Shown here one piece after another: positions 24,306 through 35,200 of a DNA stretch of 64,000 nucleotides. The first letter of the stretch is position 1; every line of letters starts with the position of its first letter. Where the stretch lies: the NCBI RefSeq assembly GCF_964204645.1, contig NC_134025.1, positions 25,586,299 to 25,650,298 of the forward strand, in the 5' to 3' direction. The notes under the pieces are model-generated. The model saw nothing but the letters and a program-made list of their open reading frames with translations, did no database searches and was not told the origin of the DNA. The translations under genes and the position numbers were made by a program. This DNA is from Tubulanus polymorphus (taxonomy: Eukaryota > Animalia > Nemertea).

Positions 24306-27300
24306 ATGGAGTCCCCTTCATTTTACCCGCATGGCCGATTATCAATCGCTGAAGATTATTATAGATCATTCGTCATCTCAGAAAATATTCGCATAGAAAA
24401 TAATGGAAATGCAATCTCAACATCAGCTGCGTATAAGGTAACAACACAAGAATAAATTGCTCTCTAGAGCTCTTTAGAGGTAAAATGAGTAGATAAATAG
24501 TAAGAAAACATTCGTATTGTATGAAAGATATACCCGAAATTAATTATGCTCATCATTCCTAAGATCTGAAATTGTGAAAATAGTTTTTATCATGATCTCA
24601 CGTGAAAAGATATCGAAATCATTTCGTTATATGCTTGTAACTAACTGTACGGCTCTAGGTAAATCTGATGAATAATCTGGTACAATATACCGGGCAACCT
24701 CTATCCGAACGTCACCCATTCTACTCGATGACCATAAAGAAATTACAAGGTAGGTTTCGATGCACATTTTTTAACTCCATCGACGAATTGGGGATATTCG
24801 GAAATAGTATTTTGTGAATAATGCTTTTCTAGATTCAAACCAGAAGGGTACTTATATTTTATTTGGTCTAACTGCGAAATGTTACATCGGTCATCCAACT
24901 TGGACTATTAAACAGTCAATCCGGTATCATAGCGATACGGGAGGCGTGTTCAATGGTGGTTCAGGGATGTATTCTGACCAGACGTACGGGGAAGGTAAAT
25001 TGAATTCTGCTATGAAAATTTCCTTGAAAACCGATTGAACACAAGTGTAATGAAATATATATGAGGCGTCCCATTTTCAGGCGATAGAATCACATGTTTG
25101 GCAGAATATTTTGATACAGACGCAACGAAAACATTAGTGAATTTCTTCAAGAACGGGAAACTAACATTCAGACAGTGGGTCAGCTTACCGTTTAATGATT
25201 TGTACCCAACGATTGGATTTGAAAATGGACCTGTCGAACTGGCCGTACAATGGCCAGTCGATGCAACTGAAAACATAAATGTCGACAATGTCAGTTTTGA
25301 ATGAAACATCGTTAGTTTTTTTTTAAAATATTACAAACATTAAGCCATGAAGATTTTGAATTTCCAGTGTGATATAACTCAGTGGATAGGGTGTCGTGGA
25401 ATAGGGAAAGATCTAGTAAATTCAACATTTATACTCACTGAATATGAAGACGAAAAACACGCATATACAATCCAGTCTCCACGACCACTTACGGAAGGTT
25501 GGTTGACCGTTTACAGTATTCAAAATGATTCCATTCGCTACTTTCGTAGTGAAATATCAATAAATTCAACGACAAGGCCTATAGTTCTATACTTAAAAGC
25601 GAATAATAAGGAACGGAAAAACTGCTAATCAATGTATTTTGCTGCTCTTTAGAAACGTCCTATTTTGAGGTTGATATTGCCGCGATGTCTTCTGAGAGTA
25701 AAGGTCTGGTGGTTGGCCTCACTCCAGCCGTTGCGGAACGGCATTTTGCTCCTGGTTACCATGCCCCTTCAATAGGCTTCCATTGCGATGACGGTGCCGT
25801 CATGTTCGGAACAAATCATAACTTTGGTAAGATCTAGAAAATAATCTTTCATACAAACGAATTCTTAGTAAAATCTTTTTTACTGTCCTCACTGGGGGCT
25901 CAGCCTTTCAAGATAAAACTTTGCGATGTCAGAGCGGAGACAGTATCGGCTGCGGTATCATCTATCTGAATCAATTAGCAGACGACAGTGAACAGTATCG
26001 AAAAGAGCAATGCGTATTAGTATACTTTTTAAAAAACGGCAAGATATTCTACCACGAGTGTATTCACCAACACGAAGGAGGCTTCTACCCTACGTTAGGA
26101 TTCTGTACAAAAGGTAAACGAACTCGTCTAGTATGGAAATATTTGCGACATACACAAATTACTACGATCTTTTTATTATAGGGGACTCAGTACGGGTGAT
26201 TATGGATGGAGAAGAACCTGTTATTTCGGAAATGACTGCGACAAGGTGGGCTCAGAATCTGAATATGTACAAGGAATTGCGTTTTGACCCGAGTTTATCA
26301 GTTATAGACTTCGAGGAAGATCGCGGGAGGAAAATAGCCCTGAGATCGAATCTATCTCAACCACTGATGCAATTCGTCAAATTAAAATTTACAGAAAATA
26401 TGCCATTTTTCAAGGTTAAAATCATAGATCAAGGTATGGAATATTCCCTACGTGCTATCGTTAAAACTAAAAAATACGAAATATTTATCTCAAAGATGCG
26501 TTCTAACTTTTCACAAGATGGAGACAGCAGCATAAATGTTGGCGTATCGCCGAAGACCTTTCCGAGTGCTGGTAAACAACTGGGTAGAACAGATACTAGC
26601 TGTGCATATTCCGGTCAGGATGGCTATTTACAAACAAAAAATATCAAGAAAAAAGTTGAAAAACTTAAAAAGGGTGAGGATCGACAGATTTACATTACAT
26701 ATTTGCGTATTTATAATAATAAAACTTGGTAAACGCATATCAAACATAACCTTGTCCGGCGATTCCACTTGGAATATTGTACATCGTTTTGATATAGTTT
26801 TTGAATGCCATCCGGCGCTACTTTTAATATAAAGATCGCTTTAATTTTCTGATTTATAAATTCTGCAGGCGATGAAGTTGGATGTTATTTAGAATTTCTA
26901 TCCGATGAATTATGCGTCTTGCTATTTATGAAAGAGCCAGGAGGTCAAAAATATCGAATACAACTACCGACGCAAGCCGGGAATGCAATCTATCCATCTA
27001 TAACTTTCGATCCGACAGAAAATGAAACTGTCATATTCGTCACGTGGCCGGATATGCTGTTCATTACCGATGTTCCGATAATTGAGTTTGTACGTTACTC
27101 TACGATTCATGCAATTTATGGGCTGGAATTTATATGCTTAAAATTAATCAAATTGTGCTGGTCTAAGTTATACACGTGGCAAATGATAGATATTTTATGG
27201 CAATTTCAGTTCGATTTTCGTTGTTGGGTTTCTCACCCTTGTATAACATGCGATGTGCGGTCAATACATATCAAAGATAAACAACCGAATAATTCCTATT

Positions 27301-29777
27301 ACAATTCACAAGGATCGAAACCATTTAGAATTTCGGGTAAGAGTGAAAAAATGCCACTTTGATCGTGTTTAGAAGCATTTTTTTAAATATTTTGATTTCA
27401 TCAATTCGTTTCCCTTTACGACGCTGTTTTAGATCTAACGTATTTCGAAGTGAATTTCTCTGGCTGTAAAGGAAACTCATTTCCCGCCGTTGGGCTATCA
27501 GGATCCATGTTCCAATCTCATGCCGTACTAGGCTTTGATTCGGGAACCATAGCTCTGAGACCAGACACCGGCGAAATAATGTATAACGGTTGTAAGTAGG
27601 TCCTTACTGCAGTGCGATCTTATTGCAAAATAATCTTAGTTTATAAAGTATATATCAAGCGTGTCTTCTTTTTAGCAGATATTATGTCTGTACAAAGATA
27701 CTCGGCAACTCAATCGTAACTATTTTTCTTCTCATCCCATTTTAGCCAATTATAAGATAGGGACTAGACACATGTGCAAAAGTGAGACCGTGGTCGGATG
27801 CGGCGTGATATTCTTTGAGAAGCTGGACACTGATGGTATGGAGGAACAAACCGTTGTGGTGTATTTTACATACGACAAAGAAGTAATATATCACATTCCC
27901 GTGTGGATCCAAGCCGGGGGAATGTATCCGACGTTTGGCCTTAGAAATGAAGGTAAATCAACCCCATTCCGACGGGTAAAGGTCGCAATGTAAAAGGAGC
28001 ACCAAAATAGAACAGCCAGTCTTGGTACATTTTGGTTTGGTTACACCTTTTTCACAAGAATTCATTTCTTTCTATAAGTTGATATCTATATGTACACACG
28101 TATAGCTTTTAATTCGTCATGGACAAATTAATGTTTTCTTTATACAATTCATTAAGGTGAACATGTTACTCTGATGCCTCCATCAGAATGTCCATTACAA
28201 ACGAATATCGTGTCGGAATGGACGAAACAAGCGAAATACAAGGTCAACCGCACAATCAGTAGACAAGACACTGTAGACTTTGATACAGATCTTATGATGG
28301 ACGCGTTGGAGCACACAGATTTCATAGACGGTTTGAATGAAAAATAATAAAGTTTACTAATATATAGAATGGAGAAATGATTAGATAACTGTTCATTAAA
28401 TGATTGTTAAATCATGTGACATTCTTCTGACTTCAAGAACTTGTAACTAATAAGAAGAACACATCTAAAACAGGTGGTATCATAATTTCTGCAATATTTC
28501 ACAGAATATAAGGACGAATACAACGTCGAAGATCTCGTCGATGAAGTACAAAGAATTGACAGACAACCAAAATATACGATCTTTATCTGCCATACCGACG
28601 ATTCTAATGACACCCGAAATGCTTATTCAATCCTTACCCAGTAAGCATTCATTGATTAGATAGGAATAAGGTAGCATTAGTTTTTTAAGCGCCGAATATC
28701 ATAGTGGTGACAATGAGTGGTATTCCCTTCTAAAATTTAGCAATGTTGTGTGGGCGTCTTTTATGGACAGCCCCTAACGTCGCATCGACATTTTGAATCA
28801 CGTTTCGCCCAATTTTCCATTCGCCGGTGCACCTACCACCCGGATAAAATCGTGTCACTGATTATCTATCTACTAATAACAATTCAAAGATGATTACATG
28901 GACACATGTAATGTAAATATGTATATTTCAGATTATTTCAGTCTGGTTATATTGTGGAATTATCACAGTGGAACATGACACTTAATGAAATTCAAGATAA
29001 AATTGACCGTTCCGATATAATCATATGTCTACTGTCCCACGCCTACATTAGCTGCGATGAGAAACTTCAAGAACTGATAACCGTTAAATCAAAAGGTGCC
29101 CTATATTTTCAAATATCTATGGAATGTGATAACGATAGTGAACTAAATGTGTAATTTCAGTTATTTCTATTTCGCTAATTTCTCTTTCAGAGAAACCCAT
29201 AATACCAGTCCTCGTGGAAGAAATGCCATATCCCCCGGAAGGAAATATTATGTCATTTTATCCAGATTTCAACAAAGTGGTTGACTTCCGAGTGGACCTG
29301 TTTAATACCGACGTCGCTGTCGACGATGTAGTGGCAAAAGTATCAAAACGCTGCTCCAATCTGGTGAGTATTGGTTTCCCAGACTTGGAGTCGGTTTTGT
29401 AGTCGAGAAAAGAATTGGCTTTAATCCGAAGTCTTAAATTGAACAATCATTGCATATATGGAGGGGAGGCTAAAAAGCTAAAAAGAGCGAGTGAATGCTA
29501 TAAAATCAAACTCATGTGAGCCATCTCTGATCTAACAATCTCATCATGTGAGCCTTCTCTGATCTTGATATCAAAACTTTCTTTCTTCATTCCACAGAAA
29601 CCGGTTCATGATGTGGAAAACGTCTCGTCATTTCTGACATTCTACCGGTCTCGAGGTGGACCTAACCGCGCCTCGACTCGAACTGATCACTATTTACCGA
29701 ACTTTCTCGACGATGACACCGGCGAATTTGTCTACCCGGTAAATCACGTGCGAACCACTGCCTGTAGCGTTATGTAA
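24306..29777 (+). CDS. Uncharacterised protein: four SPRY domains (SPRYD3-like) + TIR domain + C-terminal CaaX
   Basis: The exons splice in frame with GT-AG introns. SPRY motifs: SIRYHSDTGGVF..GEGDRITC..VNFFKNGK..LYPTIG; YFEVDI..VVGL..PGYHAPSIGFHCDDG..GDSIGCG..VYFLKNGK..GGFYPTLG; FFKVKIIDQ..INVGV..QLG..SCAYSGQDG..GDEVGC..IYPSI; YFEVNF..AVGL..VVGCG..VYFTYD..GGMYPTFG. TIR exons are 28505-28640, 28932-29095 and 29191-29363. The last exon (29598-29777) ends CSVM*. Confidence 0.8.
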
Positions 29778-32236
29778 ACTGCAGAAATTTCAATCAATAC
29801 ACGTAAACAGTTACTATATTCGAATTATTACGTTTTTTCCTTTTATTTCTCAAATTCAACTGTACTCGTTTAACGCTGTCTCAAGTGTAGTGTTGTTGTT
29901 AAGAGGATTTTTTTTCGCCACGTACCGGACTGTATTTCATTCCGATACAATTATTCCAAGTCGCCACTCAGTGGGGCTGTCAAAAAAATCGAACACGACC
30001 TTTCTATAGTGCTATAGCTTTTACTCATCAGTCAAGACCCCACTCGATGCCAAATACAAGTGTATTTATAGGAAATGAAACCCACAGCAGAATAATGGAC
30101 ACATTCCTCACTGTATATTCTAAGAAACAACGATACAGTCATTGCACTTGGAGCCAAACCCAAAACATAAATATAAGATATATATAAGTGTATAGAGTTT
30201 GAAGTCCTCGAAATGTCTTTATTGTAAAGTAAACATATATCTTACATCGAAGTAAAGGTTATGCAAACTTAAAAGATGATAAGATTCACATATCTTGAAT
30301 AGAAAACGAAAAGCAAAGAAGTAGAATGAAGATATAACATAAAACGTTATTGGAGACTATGAGAATATCGGTAAAGAAACTTACGTAATTTGAAGCGCCA
30401 TTTACGACTTTTTCATTAGATACGGTTTTGAGTATATTGAAAAGAATACAACCAACGTCTCGCCATTTTACATCGGTTCATTACAGTTATTCAGAATACG
30501 TCTGTACCGCATCCCTAATGAGGACCACTGGATTTTGTGAACTGCAATAAATTAGGCCATCACATGTTTTCTTTATTTCTCGTCTCGTGAATATTTTCGT
30601 CCCCAAATGGAATATGAAATGTTTGGAAACGTTGGAATTTCTGCTAATCGACAACAATCTAAACCTGTGGATTATTGATACATGACGTAGGGACGATCGA
30701 TACAAACGATTTTAACAAAATTGTATAGTTTAGAATTTGCGTAATTGTTGAGCAAAATGATGCCGATCAGATGTGAACAACCAGTCAACGTGCGCAAGTA
30801 GACTGACTGAAGTACAATAAAAATGATATTTACATTTTTCCTGGTATAGATTACACTGTCTATACAAGGTTATAGATGTCAAAATCATATATTTTTGAAT
30901 CACAATCTAATGTCAGACTTTACACAGTACGGTTCTTAATCTATGGCCGACATCGACCACACACCCAAACCACTTGACGAAATTCCACTCGTGCACATTT
31001 CTCCTAATGAGTCAATCCTATGTAGAAGAGACGCCGTTGTTCTCATACTCTTCGACCTTCAATAGATGTTTAAATTGAGAATGCAAATATGCAAACTTTC
31101 TCCGTTAATTGTAATCCAAAATCAACACTTCGTTGTCTGAACACGCCTGTATTTGTAATGTGATATTTAATGAACGGGAATACATAAAAAGATTTTATCT
31201 AAACGACTTCGTATCCACCGACCTTTAAATGTAAGATTTTTGCCATTGTATAATATCCTAATATCCCGAAGCAGAATTTTTACGCATTGGAAATACATGA
31301 ACTAATCTTATCAGAAAAGGCCGTGAGTTCCGTGTTTATCAATGCCGCCAAGTCAACATCTGATATTAAGTGCGCAAATTCCCCGTCTCAAAGATGGCGT
31401 TAGACCATTGGTTGAATTAGTAAACGTCACACAGGGCACCGCACACATTTCAGTGTATGAACCATGCTTGGTATAGCAACTCGTGAAACGTCCCAAGTCA
31501 TTTGAACTCGAAGGAGTAATCTCAATTGGAAGTTACAAATACACAACGAAATTTGGAATTAATATACGTAGGAAAGTAAGTCATTTGATTTATTTCATGA
31601 AGCTGATTGAAACATACATGAAACATACTTTAAAATATTTGCAAGTCGCTGTGTTGTAATCTTTTTTCCTGTTTAATGAATATATTTTCCACGAACTGAA
31701 TCAAAAATGGTAGAACACATTTCAATGGGGAAAAATATAAATTCTGAAATACTGTTACTTTTGAGTATAATGGCTTTACAGAGCCTTGTAGTATCTGTGA
31801 AAGCAAACGTTTAATGATGAAATGTTTGTTACCGATGAAATTATTACATTATTGATACGTGAAACGTTGCTCTAAGTTATGAAATTCTATCTTATCCTGG
31901 TTTTATTTCTGGAAATGCAGCAGCAATCGAAATGCCGTTAAGAAACGTACAACCGTAACTAAAATGTGCTGCACTGATAGTTCATTTACGAGAGCAAATA
32001 TTGCCAACGCCTATTATTCCAAGACCAATATTACCCGAGCTCTTAAGGTGTATAATGCAGATGTTAGTTTAACGCATATTGCAATATCTCATTTGTATTG
32101 GGACGATGATTAATTTAGCAGATTGAAAATGTAATGATTCCGACGTATGTATTCACGTATGCATCTATCACTCAATAAGAAATCTCAATAAATTTTAACT
32201 TCTTTTGTATTTGCAGATTTATACAACCTTATCAAG

Positions 32237-35200
32237 ATGTTTTCAAGAACAGTCATTATTCATCTCATTATCTTCATTATCTCAACAACTTTCACATTAA
32301 CTGTTGTATCAGCCCAATCGTCAACTTCTGGACCAATAGCCCCAACGTCAACTTCTGGACCAATAGCCCCATCGTCAACTTCTGGGCCAATAGTCCCATC
32401 GTCAAGTTCTGGATCAACAGCCCCATCGTCAACTTCTGGATCAATAGCTCCATCGTCAACTTCTGGACCAATAGCCCCATCGTCAACTTCTGGACCAATA
32501 GCCCCATCGTCAACTTCTGGACCAATAGCCCCATCGTCAACTTCTGGACCAATAGTCCCATCGTCGACTTCTGGACCAATAGCCCCATCGTCAACTTCTG
32601 GACCAATAGCCCCATCGTCAACTTCTGGACCAATAGTCCCATCGTCGACTTCTGGGCCAATAGTCCCATCGTCAAGTTCTGGATCAACAGCCCCATCGTC
32701 AACTTCTGGATCAATAGCTCCATCGTCAACTTCTGGACCAATAGCCCCATCGTCAACTTCTGGACCAATAGCCCCATCGTCAACTTCTGGACCAATAGCC
32801 CCATCGTCAACTTCTGGACCAATAGTCCCATCGTCAACTTCTGGACCAATAGCCCCATCGTCAACTTCTGGACCAATAGCCCCATCGTCAACTTCTGGAC
32901 CAATAGCCCCATCGTCAACTTCTGGACCAATAGCCCCATCGTCAACTTCTGGACCAATAGCCCCATCGTCAACTTCTGGACCAATAGCCCCATCGTCAAC
33001 TTCTGGACCAATAGCCCCATCGTCAACTTCTGGACCAATAGTCCCATCGTCGACTTCTGGATCAACAGCCGCATCGTCAACTTCTGGACCAATAGCCCCA
33101 ACGTCGACTTCTGGACCAATAGCCCCATCGTCAACTTCTGGACCAATAGCCTCATCGTCAACTTCTGGACCAATAGCCCCATCGTCAACTTCTGGACCAA
33201 TAGCCCCATCGTCAACTTCTGGATCAACAGCCGCATCGTCAACTTCTGGACCAATAGCCCCATCGTCGACTTCTGGACCAATAGCCCCATCGTCGACTTC
33301 TGGACCAATAGTCCCATCGTCGACTTCTGGACCAATAGCCCCATCGTCAACTTCTGGACCAATAGCCCCATCGTCAACTTCTGGACCAATAGCCCCATCG
33401 TCAACTTCTGGACCAATAGCCCCATCGTCAACTTCTGGATCAACAGCCGCATCGTCAACTTCTGGACCAATAGCCCGATCGTCAACTTCTGGACCAACAG
33501 CCCCATCGTCAACTTCTGGACCAACAGCCCGATCGTCAAATTCTGGACCAACAGCCCGATCGTCAACTTCTGGATCAACAGCCGCATCATCAACTTCTGG
33601 ACCAATAGCCCCATCGTCGACTTCTGGACCAATAGCCCCATCGTCAAGTTCTGGACCAATAGCCCTATCGTCGACTTCTGGACCAATAGTCCCATCGTCG
33701 ACTTCTGGACCAATAGTCCCATCGTCGACTTCTGGACCAATAGCCCCATCGTCAACTTCTGGATCAACAGTCCCATCGTCAACTTCTGGACCAATAGCCC
33801 CATCGTCAAGTTCTGGACCAATAGCCCCATCGTCGACTTCTGGACCAATAGTCCCATCGTCGACTTCTGGACCAATAGCCCCATCGTCAACTTCTGGACC
33901 AATAGCCCCATCGTCGACTTCTGGACCAATAGCCCCATGGTCGAGTTCTGGACCAATAGCCCCATCGTCAACTTCTGGACCAATAGTCCCATCGTCGACT
34001 TCTGGACCAATAGCCCCATCGTCAACTTCTGGATCAACAGCCGCATCGTCAACTTCTGGACCAATAGCCCCATCGTCGACTTCTGGACCAATAGCCCCAT
34101 CGTCAACTTCTGGATCAACAGCCGCATCGTCAACTTCTGGACCAATAGCCCCATCGTCGACTTCTGGACCAATAGCCCCATCGTCTAGTTCTGGACCAAT
34201 AGCCCCATCGTCAAGTTCTGGACCAATAGCCTCATCGTCAACTTCTGGACCAATAGCCCCATCGTCAACTTCTGGACCAATAGTCCCATCGTCAACTTCT
34301 GGATCAACAGCCGCATCGTCAACTTCTGGACCAATAGCCCCATCGTCGACTTCTGGACCAATAGTCCCATCGTCGACTTCTGGACCAATAGTCCCATCGT
34401 CGACTTCTGGACCAATAGCCCCATCGTCTAGTTCTGGACCAATAGCCCCATCGTCTAGTTCTGGACCAATAGCCCCATCGTCGACTTCTGGACCAATAGC
34501 CCCATCGTCAACTTCTGGACCAATAGCCCCATCGTCAACTTCTGGATCAACAGCCGCATCGTCGACTTCTGGACCAACAGTCCCATCGTCGACTTCTGGA
34601 CTAATAGTCCCATCGTCGACTTCTGGACCAATAGCCCCATCGTCAACTTCTGGATCAACAGCCGCATCGTCAACTTCTGGACCAATAGCCCCATCGTCGA
34701 CTTCTGGACCAATAGCCCCATCGTCGAGTTCTGGACCAATAGCCCCATCGTCAAGTTCTGGATCAACAGCCCCATCGTCAACTTCTGGATCAATGGCTCC
34801 ATCGTCAACTTCTGGACCAATAGCCCCATCGTCAACTTCTGGACCAATAGCCCCATCGTCAACTTCTGGACCAATAGCCCCATCGTCAACTTCTGGACCA
34901 ATAGCCCCATCGTCAACTTCTGGACCAATGGTCCCATCGTCGACTTCTGGACCAATAGCCCCATCGTCAACTCCCTCATTATTTTCCACGACGTCTTTTG
35001 TAACTCCAAAAGGTAAGATTGGTAGCTAATTGTTTCCATGTTACAGTCACATTTTCTGGATTCACTTCAAATGGATATACGTTTTCTTTTATATAGTGCA
35101 ACCTATGATGGACGTTAGACTTGCTTTATCATTGAATGAGACTTTTAACAATTCAATGCTGAATCGCAGCAGCCCAGTATACAAAGAATTTGAACAAACT

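Noticed and set aside
28758-28778. tttatggacagcccct as a transposon TIR
   Set aside because: Single end only, with no properly oriented partner or TSD; too little to call an element.
32260-34989. 909-aa acidic (GPEVDDGAI)n and 629-aa (MGLLVQKLT)n antisense ORFs
   Set aside because: They are shadows of the 27-bp mucin repeat, which lacks stops in those frames. Only the + frame has a signal peptide and splices to SEA/EGF/TM exons.
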